A stretch of 60,796 nt of DNA, the filler included, from Stramenopiles sp. TOSAG23-6 (taxonomy: Eukaryota): NCBI GenBank assembly GCA_900128565.1. It is 2 parts of 2 records of this genome, joined end to end, with 100 filler letters (N's around TTAATTAATTAA, not from the genome) between each part and the next. Parts side by side here need not be neighbours in the genome. Positions count along the whole stretch, not along the records: positions 1 to 30,570 come from LT635966.1; positions 30,671 to 60,796 come from LT635967.1. One strand, written 5' to 3'. The notes under the pieces were generated by a model. It made no database searches and had not been told where the DNA came from. It saw only the letters and a list, made by a program, of their open reading frames with translations. Position numbers and translations under genes: made by a program. Positions 20,412 to 30,712 of the stretch are shown here, in pieces (position 1 is the stretch's first letter; each line of letters begins with the position of its first letter).

Positions 20412-21470
20412 ATGAGCAATCCTAGACTCTTGCGCACTTTATATAAGTCTTTTCTTACCAAGGCGAAAAAACTTCCTCGTGAACGGCTTCATCTGAGATC
20501 AGCAGTTCAACCTCGTTTATGGGGCCATGCTGGATATATTCCTCGTGGAATGGAATCACGTGTACTATTATCAAACGTGTTGCCCCGGTATCTTCTAGTT
20601 CGTATTGGTGTTATTTCTGGTGACCGTCAGAAGAAGGATCGAAACCCAACTTTAGCGTCTCACTCAATTAAGAAAGATTATTTCAGTGAAGCCGCGTTTG
20701 AAACAAAACTTTCCCACGTGGATGAATCTTTGCAAAGTATGTTTGATGCAGATGGTATAAGTTTTTCATCAGATGAACTAATAGATTTTATTCGGTTTGC
20801 ATTCCGCCAAGATCCAAATAAGCTTGCTAATAAGAGTGAGCATACCGATGATATGTCAGTAGATGGTGCAGCAAAAAATAAGCTACCTATAGAATATGCT
20901 TTTGCTTCACTTAGACTTTTGAATACTCAAATAGCATTATCTAAGTTAACTTCAGTGGCTAATACTAATGGCATTTGTGTGGAAGCAACAACGGTGCAAA
21001 TAACACCTGAACTTGCTCGTGAAAATCAAATTAATATAAAAATGCCACCCGATTCTGGTTTTTGTTTTGCTTATAATATCCGTATAGAAAATACTAGTGA
21101 TCGACCAGTTCAGTTATTAGAACGTCAATGGATCATTAAAGATGGTCCAGCAGATGAAAAGAAACTACCCAAAAATTCAGGTGTAGTTGGACACACTCCT
21201 GTGTTACAGCCTGGTCAAGTATTTAAGTATGGAAGTGGGAGTTTTCTATCACATGAAAAAGGATCAATGTCAGGTTCGTTTACAATGAAGTATGTAGCGA
21301 ATATTGATGAAGTTAAAAAGGAAAAAGATAAAACTACAACTAAAGCTAAAGAAGATAAGAAAATTAAAGACTCTTCAAAACAGAAAAATGTTGGTCACCG
21401 AATAGAACAGTTTCAAGCCGCTGTTGCACCGTTTGCTTTTGCAGGGGAAAAATGTAGCTGGGAATTGTAA
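20412..21470 (+). CDS. ApaG/DUF525-domain protein
   Basis: FAYNIRIEN..VQLLERQWII..GVVGHTPVLQPGQVFKYGS..GSMSGSF. Confidence 0.88.
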   Translation: MSNPRLLRTLYKSFLTKAKKLPRERLHLRSAVQPRLWGHAGYIPRGMESRVLLSNVLPRYLLVRIGVISGDRQKKDRNPTLASHSIKKDYFSEAAFETKLSHVDESLQSMFDADGISFSSDELIDFIRFAFRQDPNKLANKSEHTDDMSVDGAAKNKLPIEYAFASLRLLNTQIALSKLTSVANTNGICVEATTVQITPELARENQINIKMPPDSGFCFAYNIRIENTSDRPVQLLERQWIIKDGPADEKKLPKNSGVVGHTPVLQPGQVFKYGSGSFLSHEKGSMSGSFTMKYVANIDEVKKEKDKTTTKAKEDKKIKDSSKQKNVGHRIEQFQAAVAPFAFAGEKCSWEL

Positions 21471-21668
21471 TATAAGATCTTCAGTCAAAGGCTACTAGGT
21501 ACCATATATCGCTCTTTGATGTATTTAAAAAAAAAAAGNATTGTAAATCCAAGTTTTAATTTTTAGTTTATTTTATTCTGATGATATTCTCATGGCATTA
21601 CTAGTATCGCCATGAAATTATATAATATATTAAAAGCTACATAAGTCTTTTGTTTTCTATCCGTATTT

Positions 21669-23657
21669 TCAATGAAGTCTACCTTCTTCAATACGTTGTC
21701 TCACTAATTCCCGAGCTGTATTCTTTACGTATTCTGTATCGACTTCGTTCTCTTTGACAATATCATTATCTGTTTTATTTCCAACAGTAGGAACAGTATT
21801 CAATTCACACGATATACTATGGTCTGCCAACTTGGAACGTAGTTGTTGCAATTCACCAAGAATTTTTACAGTTGTTCGAATCTTTTTCTCTGCTTCATCA
21901 AGCGAAGGACGCATTATGTGCATACCACGCATGGTAGAGACGGCCAGAGAGTCTACACCTTCACCAAATACATCTCCACTATTTAAAGCAACAACAGGTG
22001 CTGAAAATTGTTTTCTACATTGTAAGATCATACCATTCTGCATTATTTTATCTTTAGATGATTCACTATCATCAGATACGTCACTCAGTTGTTCATTTGG
22101 TAGAGTATTTAAATTTGTATTTGAAGTTGTGTTAGATGACCAATGGTGTTCACCATCACGTGGTGATGAATATACTAATAAAGTACTACCATAAGTACCT
22201 ACAGCAAGCTCTGGGCTTCCATCCCAATTTAAATCGATTTCTTTCACACATGTGACAGTATCATACTTTGTGGAATCTTTCAAAATAGATAAATTTGTAA
22301 AAGTATTTGATTTTTGAGCATTCATATTCTCACTAGCACCCAATTGAGAGTAAAAAGAGTTTTGTAACATTTCTTTAGAATTAATCATTGCACAAAAACT
22401 TTGTGCGCCAGCAACTGCAATATATGAATTATTACTCACTACATCTTCATGACCATTCATTACACCAAAATCATTCATCTTTTTTGCATAATGTCGTTTT
22501 TGAAGAAAAGTAACATTTGGTAAAGGTCCATCAAGACGAACACTTGTATGAAATACTTGTTTCCCACCAAAAGAAACATTTGAAGATTTCGTGTTTGTAT
22601 AGTATTTAGTACTTTTGCTTGGTGAGTGCACATCATAATCATGAAATATATCTTTTATTGAAGTCTGTGAATTTGTATACATCAATCCATGTTGTGAGAC
22701 ACTATTACTAGCATTACTTTTTTGTTTTGTACGAATATAAGCAGATTCGCCTATTTTACCAGCCAAAAATAAAGTACCATCTTGACAAGAAACTGCTACC
22801 TGAGATTGTACTTCATTACCATTCGTTTCTGAAGAAGTTTCATTGAAATTAAAGTCTGTTTGATTTGATCTACCGAATTCACTACTCACTGCAATGGCCA
22901 TTGGTGGTGTTGTAAGTATTTTCTGAATATGAGAAAGACATGGAGAAACAGAGTGTAAAGGAACTGTTGTAAATCGTTGATATTTCCTACGTGTTGGACA
23001 ATGTTGGTAGGCATGAATTTTATTATCATTTCCACAAATAAGAAAGTCATTTCCAATATGTGTAATTTGAAAAGGAATATATGATATATCTATCGCATGC
23101 TGCCTCTTATTACCCTTAACCCAACCACAATCTTGGATACTTTGTGGTTTAACATTGGAAAAATGCACGCTACTACTATCTTCATCAAGACTATCTACAA
23201 GAGAAATATTTGCAAAGAAAGTTACACGTGCAGAAGGACTCGGTGAACTATTTGTTTTTGGGGATAACTTACACGACTTTGCTTTGTTTGAACCAGTGAA
23301 TTTTTCATCTTTCATTGGTGTAGACACATCTGATGCACGAGGAGAAACAAAATTAGACGATCCTGATGAAGTAGAAGCACATAATGGTTGAACAGAGACT
23401 GAAGCAACTGCGAGGTTGCCATTCTTCGTAATATCCACGGCAATAAGTTCCTCATTGGCTCCCGCAGCACCAAAAGGAAGTTGACTAAAGTGTAAGAGAT
23501 TATTTTTCCCACTCACGCACATAAGCCTTTCTTTTGTTGCAACAACAAAACGAGTTCTATCCATTTCACGATACTCACAAACACTATACACAGTCGCTGG
23601 ACCACATGTTGTTCGAAATGATACAAAACCTGTGGTTGAAAGTTCCAAATCTTTCAT
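21669..23657 (-). CDS. KPTN: Kaptin-like protein (KICSTOR subunit)
   Basis: IPFQITH..FLICGNDNKIH, LDGPL, DLNWDGSPELAVGTYG, GDVFGEGVDSLAVSTMRGMHI match the kaptin FG-GAP-like pattern. Confidence 0.72.
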   Translation of the reverse strand: MKDLELSTTGFVSFRTTCGPATVYSVCEYREMDRTRFVVATKERLMCVSGKNNLLHFSQLPFGAAGANEELIAVDITKNGNLAVASVSVQPLCASTSSGSSNFVSPRASDVSTPMKDEKFTGSNKAKSCKLSPKTNSSPSPSARVTFFANISLVDSLDEDSSSVHFSNVKPQSIQDCGWVKGNKRQHAIDISYIPFQITHIGNDFLICGNDNKIHAYQHCPTRRKYQRFTTVPLHSVSPCLSHIQKILTTPPMAIAVSSEFGRSNQTDFNFNETSSETNGNEVQSQVAVSCQDGTLFLAGKIGESAYIRTKQKSNASNSVSQHGLMYTNSQTSIKDIFHDYDVHSPSKSTKYYTNTKSSNVSFGGKQVFHTSVRLDGPLPNVTFLQKRHYAKKMNDFGVMNGHEDVVSNNSYIAVAGAQSFCAMINSKEMLQNSFYSQLGASENMNAQKSNTFTNLSILKDSTKYDTVTCVKEIDLNWDGSPELAVGTYGSTLLVYSSPRDGEHHWSSNTTSNTNLNTLPNEQLSDVSDDSESSKDKIMQNGMILQCRKQFSAPVVALNSGDVFGEGVDSLAVSTMRGMHIMRPSLDEAEKKIRTTVKILGELQQLRSKLADHSISCELNTVPTVGNKTDNDIVKENEVDTEYVKNTARELVRQRIEEGRLH

Positions 23658-23969
23658 TTCCAGCTATCCTTAACAAATACTTCCTATATAAAACTTAAAA
23701 CTGGATCAAAAGACTCTGTAGAAGGCATTCAAATTTCATTTTCTATTTTCAATTGTCGCATAAAGGTCAGTCGACACAGTACATTCAGATTGTGCTTTTT
23801 GTTCCAAAGCTTCGTTATGAAATATTACAGAATGCCAATGGTCAAAAACTCAAATGTGATGTTTTCACCAATCAAATTCGTTTTTTTCGTCTTGCCTGCC
23901 TGCTTGCGATCTCAGATCGATATTTGAGAACGACGAGAGAACAATTATTTATAATTACTCTACATCCAA

Positions 23970-24455
23970 ATGGATTCGAAAGCTGTTGTGGAGGGTGTTG
24001 CATTCCTTGGAACAATGAATGACCCCTTTTATATTCGTAGTTTTAGAGATTCTATTCTTTTACTGGATTTCCATTATATGATACACTCTGCACTTGACCT
24101 AGTAGAAGAAAAGATGCAGAAAGAGAATCGTGGACCTGGCGGAATAACAGTATTGAACGAGAAGTTCTTAGGTCTTCTCTGTCCTGTTGAAGGGTATCAT
24201 ATATATGGTCACGTGACCAATTTGGGTGTTAAAATCTTGGTAGTGACAACAGGTGAAGTAAAAGATGATCAAATGTCAATGCTGTGTTCCAAACTTCACA
24301 CTGTATACTTGGATGCACTTTCTAATCCTTTTCTTTCACTACAGCAGCCTTCTTCATTTTCTCAGTCCAAACGGAGTACGGCAAATATATCAATATCAAA
24401 TTCTGAAACGTTTCATAAGAAGGTAGTTTCAGTAGCAAATTCGTGTATAAAGTAA
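23970..24455 (+). CDS. TRAPPC2L: TRAPP complex subunit 2-like (sedlin family)
   Basis: NDPFYI, HSALDLVEEK, FLGLLCP, IYGHVTN.GVK, LHTVYLDALSNPF. Confidence 0.85.
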   Translation: MDSKAVVEGVAFLGTMNDPFYIRSFRDSILLLDFHYMIHSALDLVEEKMQKENRGPGGITVLNEKFLGLLCPVEGYHIYGHVTNLGVKILVVTTGEVKDDQMSMLCSKLHTVYLDALSNPFLSLQQPSSFSQSKRSTANISISNSETFHKKVVSVANSCIK

Positions 24456-24573
24456 TATAATTAATTTGAAATATGGTAATATTTATATTTGTTTTGAATC
24501 ATAACCCCGAGATTTGGATTAGCCAAATATTTAATATATATTAGAGTACACACGATGAAACTAAGACCAAAGG

Positions 24574-27500
24574 CTATGCACATTTCATTTTTTTTGATAA
24601 ACCATCAGCTATAGTGTCTGCTTTTCGTTTACTAGTTTTAGAATCGTCTAACAAATGTTGATAACTTTCTCGAATGTACCAAACTAATCGACTGTCACCT
24701 TTACGCTTCGCCTTCTCTGCAATTTCAGCAATCTTCATAGCAACTTGACGTTTAGAAATACTAGGATACATTTCTACGAACTCGTTTACAACAGTAGACA
24801 CACCATTAGAACCTGAGTCAATTAATAGACGAGCAAGAATAGGAAGAACTTTCTCGGGAACAGGGCGAAATAGCTTTGTACTACCACGACGTTGATCTTT
24901 ATCATTTGAAATTTCACTCAATACATTTGATTGGAGTTTACCTGTGGTTGTCATATTACTATCAGTTTCTACACCATTCATCTGCTTTGTTGTCAATGCT
25001 TTTTGTCGACGTTCTGACTCAGTATATTCCTTCATACATATTTTCAACAACATAAAACATCGTCTTGCAAGTTCATCAGGATTTCTTGTATGAAATAAAT
25101 AATCAAAATTAAATACTTGTGCAGTACGAATAGATCGTTGTAAATCATCCCATCGATTGATTCCATGTTGAGCTACCCAACACACAATATAACGATCTTG
25201 TGCACTGGTCCAATCTTTCTTTTGTGATCCTATATATTTGAATCGCATTTGTTCCCATGGGACAGAGTATTGTGCTACAACGTTTCTTGCAGCTGCTACT
25301 AATTTATCCTGTTCTGTAAGTTTAGCCTCTCCTCTCTCAATTCTATTCAAAAATTTAGAAAAGTCAGGTAAACACTTTTCACCAACTTCCCAAAATCTTT
25401 TAGAGTATGCTTCCACTTCTTCTTGTTTTTTGTCACAATTTCTCCGAATCATTTCTTTATATATTCTAACAACAGAATCTCGACCAAATCTCTCACATGC
25501 TGAAACGAATTCCATCAAATCACGACGCTTCCATCCTTCAAAACCAGCAGCTAAAAGAGTATTTTTTTCAGATTGGAGCTCAGGAGATAAAAGCTTTGGA
25601 GGTGTTGGTGATCGAGGTGGTGTGTTTGATTTAGATGGTACAACAACAACAGGTGGATTTTCTTTNCATTCCAAATATTGTTTTTCCTCAATTTTTTGAA
25701 TCTCGTAAAGCCGTTTAGAATCGTATAATTGCCATGGTTGCATACGTGGCAGACGCATTACCTTGGGAAGCTTCACTTTTCTAACTCGAGGTTCACTATT
25801 TTCACCAAGAATATCTCTAAACGCTGCATCTGTATTATAGGCAACTTTTTTACGGTCTCTTTTACCTATTGCATCATGGATTTCAGCAGCAAACTCAAGA
25901 GCCATCATTTTTTCTAACTCTTCTTGTTCTTTCTTCTTCCTAGCCGCCAGTGAATAATCTTCACCATCAAATTCTTGCATAGAAGACGAACTAATACTGA
26001 AATTAAGTAAGTCGCCATTAGAATCACCTAAAGTCTTATTCATTCGTTTTTGCATTGCTTTTGTCCGTTCCTCACCTTTCGCAAGTATTTGATCAATATC
26101 TTGATCAGTTAACATCGATCCTTTCGCACGAAATACCTCATTTGCACCATACTTTACCATAGACTGCATCTCTGCCTTCGTAAGTTGTTTACTACTCGCT
26201 GGTAATCGTCCATTTTGAACAACAACAGCATCCAAACGAAGCTTCATTTCAGCTCGTTCAATAATCTTTTCTTCCACGGATTTTTCAGTGAGTAGCCGAT
26301 ATACACGAACTTGTTTCTTCTGGCCAATACGATGAGCTCGATCTTGTGCTTGTAAATCAACTTGCGGATTCCAATCACTATCAAATAATATCACAGTGTC
26401 TGCAGTTTGAAGATTAATACCAAGACCACCAGCACGAGTCGATAATAAAAAGAGAAACAACTCAGAATTGGGCGCATTGAACTCATCAATTTGTTCTTGT
26501 CTATCATCACCAGTAGTATTTCCATCGATACGACAATATGAATAATCACGAATTGAACAATAATCTTCAAGAATATCCAACAAACGTGTCATTTGAGAAA
26601 ATATAAGTACTCGATTTCCACGTGCCTTTAATTTACAAAGTAATTTGTCTAGTAAAACCATCTTTCCACAATTTTGAACCAAATGTTCCCCATTTGGGTC
26701 TAGAGAACGATCTTCAACACCATCAAATAAATATGGATGATTGCATACTTTACGAAGTTGCATTAGTATATTAGATAATTTCACACGATTACCACCACTA
26801 GCCCCAGAATGTGAAGTTAACGTGTCCATCTCTCGTAATAAAATTTTCTTATATAACTGTACTTGCATATCGGTCATACCAACAAAAAGATGAGTTTTAA
26901 TTTTAGGTAAAAGATCTGTCGCTACTTCAGATTTGAGACGACGTAACATGAAAGGTCTCATTATTTTATGTAATTGATGAATCATTTTTTCTTTTGCTTT
27001 GTCATCTTGAGTATCTAAATCAAACCATGAATCAAAATCTTCAGATGATGAAAATACCTCAGGTAACAAAAAATTCAGTAAAGCCCATAATTCATGTAAA
27101 TTATTTTGCAGTGGTGTTCCAGTAATTAGAAGCTTTTGAAAACAATGAAAACTTCTAAGTGCTGTTGCAAGTTTCGATTTTTCATTCTTAAGTCGATGGG
27201 CTTCATCTACTGCAATATATTCCCATGCGTGGCGTTTCAGTGCCGTTTTTGCAATGATAGCAATTTCATATGATGTAATACAGACATCAAAACGATTACC
27301 TTCTGCTAATCCAGCTTCAAGTTCATTTTCTATTAAACTTTCTCGAGTACTTTTATCACCATGGAACATTACTGTTCGAAAGGAAGGACACCATCGCTTA
27401 AACTCATTCATCCAATTTCCAAGAGTAGATTTTGGAACAACAATCAAATGTGGACCTTTGACATTTTTAAATTGAGCTAAAAATGCTAGAAGTGCAATGG

Positions 27501-28527
27501 TTTGCAAAGTCTTTCCCAAACCCATTTCATCCGCTAAAATACCATTTACCCCAGATTCATGTAACTGAATTAACCAATTTAAGCCTTCCATTTGATAGGG
27601 TCTTAATGTACCAAATTTAATAAGTGATGGCTGAACTTCTAATCGAGTAGATGGACCACTGTTTGTAGTGCCTAAGGTTTCGGCTAATAATTGTTTATCT
27701 TCAGCAGCTTCTTGCATTCTTTCATGGCGAGATGGTGTAGCTTGAAGATTTCTTGGACTTCTTGGACTTCTTCTTGGACTTCTTGGACTTCTTGGACTTG
27801 TTGTTTTCCCAAAATGTCTCGGACTTCTTCGTGGACTTCCACTACCATTACTGCGAGCACTACTTTGAGACATAAAATGGGAAAATAAAGTTGATTGGCC
27901 CATTAAATATTTCATTCGTTTCTCAGATGCGATTTTTCGTTTCTTTTCAAGAACAGTGTGAAGTCTATCTCGTTCCTTTGCTTTAGCATCACGAATATTT
28001 CGTATTGCTGAGCGATCTATCTCACGAACTCGACGACGCTTTTCCTTTTCTACACATTCTTCGAATATTCTAAGTTCTTTTGCACTTAGATTAGATATAT
28101 CCACACCATATTCAGAGTCAGAAGTAGCACTTTTCGTTGAAGAAGTGTTATCAACAGATTGACAAGCGAGAGCTTTGAGACGAACCCGGACAGGATCAAT
28201 GACTCGTGTTTTTTTAATCACAGCTTCACGTTTTCGCATATAGCTTGTGGGTTCACTGAGTTCCTTCTCTCGGCGATCTTGAAGCTCCTTCAGTTTTATC
28301 TCGTCCGCTTCAGTCATTTCTGCTTCGTAACGAATAGCATCTACTTCGGCTAATTTTAAATATTTAGATTTTTTACTGTCTGATAGACAACGCCACTTTT
28401 CTGAAATATCACGATTTAACTGTGCAAAATCAAAGGTATCACCTGATGTTTTGTTGATATCACCCATTTCCTTGCGGAAATAGTTGTATGCAGACTTTTT
28501 TGGCTGGATCTTTCGTGTTGAAGACAT
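24574..28527 (-). CDS. ISWI: ISWI chromatin remodeller with an N-terminal HMG box and an extra C-terminal winged-helix-like domain
   Basis: ILADEMGLGKT, DEAH, TGTPLQNN, STRAGGLGINL, QAQDRAHRIGQ, SANT/SLIDE (AGFEGW, DRYIVC, TRNPDELARRC); PKKSAYNYF..ISEKWR..Y HMG box. Confidence 0.95.
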   Translation of the reverse strand: MSSTRKIQPKKSAYNYFRKEMGDINKTSGDTFDFAQLNRDISEKWRCLSDSKKSKYLKLAEVDAIRYEAEMTEADEIKLKELQDRREKELSEPTSYMRKREAVIKKTRVIDPVRVRLKALACQSVDNTSSTKSATSDSEYGVDISNLSAKELRIFEECVEKEKRRRVREIDRSAIRNIRDAKAKERDRLHTVLEKKRKIASEKRMKYLMGQSTLFSHFMSQSSARSNGSGSPRRSPRHFGKTTSPRSPRSPRRSPRSPRNLQATPSRHERMQEAAEDKQLLAETLGTTNSGPSTRLEVQPSLIKFGTLRPYQMEGLNWLIQLHESGVNGILADEMGLGKTLQTIALLAFLAQFKNVKGPHLIVVPKSTLGNWMNEFKRWCPSFRTVMFHGDKSTRESLIENELEAGLAEGNRFDVCITSYEIAIIAKTALKRHAWEYIAVDEAHRLKNEKSKLATALRSFHCFQKLLITGTPLQNNLHELWALLNFLLPEVFSSSEDFDSWFDLDTQDDKAKEKMIHQLHKIMRPFMLRRLKSEVATDLLPKIKTHLFVGMTDMQVQLYKKILLREMDTLTSHSGASGGNRVKLSNILMQLRKVCNHPYLFDGVEDRSLDPNGEHLVQNCGKMVLLDKLLCKLKARGNRVLIFSQMTRLLDILEDYCSIRDYSYCRIDGNTTGDDRQEQIDEFNAPNSELFLFLLSTRAGGLGINLQTADTVILFDSDWNPQVDLQAQDRAHRIGQKKQVRVYRLLTEKSVEEKIIERAEMKLRLDAVVVQNGRLPASSKQLTKAEMQSMVKYGANEVFRAKGSMLTDQDIDQILAKGEERTKAMQKRMNKTLGDSNGDLLNFSISSSSMQEFDGEDYSLAARKKKEQEELEKMMALEFAAEIHDAIGKRDRKKVAYNTDAAFRDILGENSEPRVRKVKLPKVMRLPRMQPWQLYDSKRLYEIQKIEEKQYLEXKENPPVVVVPSKSNTPPRSPTPPKLLSPELQSEKNTLLAAGFEGWKRRDLMEFVSACERFGRDSVVRIYKEMIRRNCDKKQEEVEAYSKRFWEVGEKCLPDFSKFLNRIERGEAKLTEQDKLVAAARNVVAQYSVPWEQMRFKYIGSQKKDWTSAQDRYIVCWVAQHGINRWDDLQRSIRTAQVFNFDYLFHTRNPDELARRCFMLLKICMKEYTESERRQKALTTKQMNGVETDSNMTTTGKLQSNVLSEISNDKDQRRGSTKLFRPVPEKVLPILARLLIDSGSNGVSTVVNEFVEMYPSISKRQVAMKIAEIAEKAKRKGDSRLVWYIRESYQHLLDDSKTSKRKADTIADGLSKKMKCA

Positions 28528-28914
28528 ACTGAAGAATCAAAGAATTATCGAGCTGTATTTTTCAACGTTCCAATTATTGTGAATCCTTCGTAAAATAAGC
28601 GCAATCAGCTAAAGTATACACTGGTGTAATATATAATTTGTTTCAACCACGCGGGCAGACTTGGGAGTTAATTAATAAAGAAATTTGAAGAGACAGACAG
28701 GAGTACAGTACACTGTAGCGGTACACTATAAGTATCGGGGAGCCTCGAACTTCCGCGCGTGTTTTTTTGATTGACACTTTTGCCGGTTTGGTTTGCCCTT
28801 TGCGTTGATGTCTGTCGATTTCCATTAAATTTTTGCTCTTTTTTTTTTTCTACTTTTTTTTTTATTAGCTATTAATACTAGTAGTGGCTACGGAGCTCTT
28901 ATACGAAATCAAAG

Positions 28915-29358
28915 ATGACTACTTTAGTAACATTGAAAGATGGTCACCAAATCTATAAATATAAATTGAAGTTCATTTTTTGTACTACATATGTGATGGA
29001 AGATTCAAGACTGCAGATGAGGATGCTACTGTGCTGCTCTCGTGGGAAAAAAAATAATCAGGACATCTTTAAAAAACAAAAGGTGAGAGATGCTGAAGCC
29101 AGGAGAAAGATGTATTGGTTTGGAGGTGGTGATGTATGGCGTAATATCAAATCTTTTTTACCTGAAGTTGTTACTTTTATTGGAGATCGAGCCTTCAAAG
29201 GTACGAATCTAGGAACAATTATACTCCCAAATAGTGTAACTAGTATTGGTAATTGTGCTTTTTATGGATGTAAATCACTAATTATTGCAATACCAAATAG
29301 TGCAACTAGTATTGGTCGCGATGCATTTAGAATGTGTAAATCAGCTGTGTATTTGTAG
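28915..29358 (+). CDS. Short BspA-type (LRR_5) repeat protein or fragment
   Basis: [40 protein letters not shown]. Confidence 0.6.
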   Translation: MTTLVTLKDGHQIYKYKLKFIFCTTYVMEDSRLQMRMLLCCSRGKKNNQDIFKKQKVRDAEARRKMYWFGGGDVWRNIKSFLPEVVTFIGDRAFKGTNLGTIILPNSVTSIGNCAFYGCKSLIIAIPNSATSIGRDAFRMCKSAVYL

Positions 29359-29900
29359 AGAAAATAAAACAATTGATGAGTTTTATATTTATATTTAAAT
29401 CTGTGTTATCAATATTAAATATTTCAATACTTATCACAGTAAAGCAAAAAAAATCTCAATTTGAAATTTATACATATTATAAATATTTCATAAGAAATCA
29501 CAGAGTCTCCATTTTGTTGTATCATCACTTAGCACTTGAATCATTCTTTTCTACTTGTTTTGATTCTGTAAATGAAAAAGATAAAAGTGTTCTTTGCATA
29601 TTCGATGTATTTAGCACCACCATAATGCCAAAGTTTTAAAGTTGTTTTAAGGAGACATATTGATCGGAAATTTACTCCTTGTTGCTATTGTTTGATGATT
29701 GTACAATGGTTGTTGTTAAAATTCATGTTCTTTTTTGTGTTGTTTGCTTTTATAACAAAGACAAATCATATGTATTTGTTGTCATTGTTACCCAATACAT
29801 TTTTTTTATTATATTCAGAGTTATTTTGTTTGAGCTTTTCATCTTTTATATATTTGTTATTAATTGTGAAGTTTTTTTTCATGTATTTGTCGTGTATTAT

Positions 29901-30215
29901 TGAGCTTGTGGTGCAACCTTAGCTTTGTGCCATTCTGCTCAGNTATATGACGCTTTTTTGTTATAGTTAAAGTAAGTGGAAGGTCTGGAGTGTCACTGTT
30001 GACATCAACCAACCCGGCAACGGAAGGTCTATTTTCGATAAGAGGATTGGCATTTTTACGACCTTGAAATTTCGCTGTTGCACCGATTTTATACTTAACT
30101 ATTTAATACATTCTTTATAGTTTAGTCAATTTTTTCAGTGTAATTTACCAAGTGTTTTTATATATGTACAACATATGATATTTGTTATTGTGTTGGACTC
30201 GATACTTAGACTGTG
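29901..30215 (+). ncRNA. Candidate structured RNA, family unassigned
   Basis: Hairpins tgagc..gctca (29901-29941), tgtca/tgaca, ccg-GCAA-cgg and aaggtc/gacctt; closing stem tagttaa/ttaacta; long-range ggtgcaac/gttgcacc. Confidence 0.3.
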
Positions 30216-30418
30216 GTGGAAGATATTTTGTACGTTACAAAAATTCTTCTTAAAATCTCCGCATTTTCGGTCGACGGAGGTTTAATTTTTTTTTGTTCTG
30301 AAATTTTTCTGACCACTCGCACTCACTGGCTATGGATAGCCAATGGCCGAGAGAGAGAGAGAGAGAGCGTGAGAGAGAGATAGTGTGTGTGTGATAGAAA
30401 GTATTCCGCAGCTTCAGC

Positions 30419-30570
30419 ATGGGCGCGAAAGAGAAAAAAGAAGCTTTCAAGCGTTTCAAGTTGTATACTAAATCTGCAAAGGCAGAGAATAGCAGTGCAC
30501 AATATAATCTTGGTAATTGCTATAAACATGGTCATGGTGTTGCTGAAGACAAAAAAGAAGCTTTCAAGTG
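30419..30570 (+). CDS. Sel1-repeat protein fragment cut by the contig end
   Basis: SAQYNLGNCYKHGHGVAEDKKEAFKW. Confidence 0.65.
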
Positions 30571-30670
30571 NNNNNNNNNNNNNNNNNNNNNNNNNNNNNN
30601 NNNNNNNNNNNNNNTTAATTAATTAANNNNNNNNNNNNNNNNNNNNNNNNNNNNNNNNNNNNNNNNNNNN
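30571..30670. other. Artificial contig-join spacer
   Basis: 44 N + TTAATTAATTAA (stops in all six frames) + 44 N, exactly 100 nt. Confidence 0.95.
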
Positions 30671-30712
30671 TTAGAAATTTCAAAATTTAAATGTGATTCC
30701 ACAGTTGAAAAA

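Noticed and set aside
29373-29922. Hydrophobic F/I/L-rich ORFs
   Set aside because: Products of T-rich non-coding sequence with no recognisable motifs.
30571-30670. TTAATTAATTAA palindrome between N runs
   Set aside because: Standard six-frame-stop contig linker. ORFs crossing it are artefacts, and the two sides need not be adjacent in the genome.
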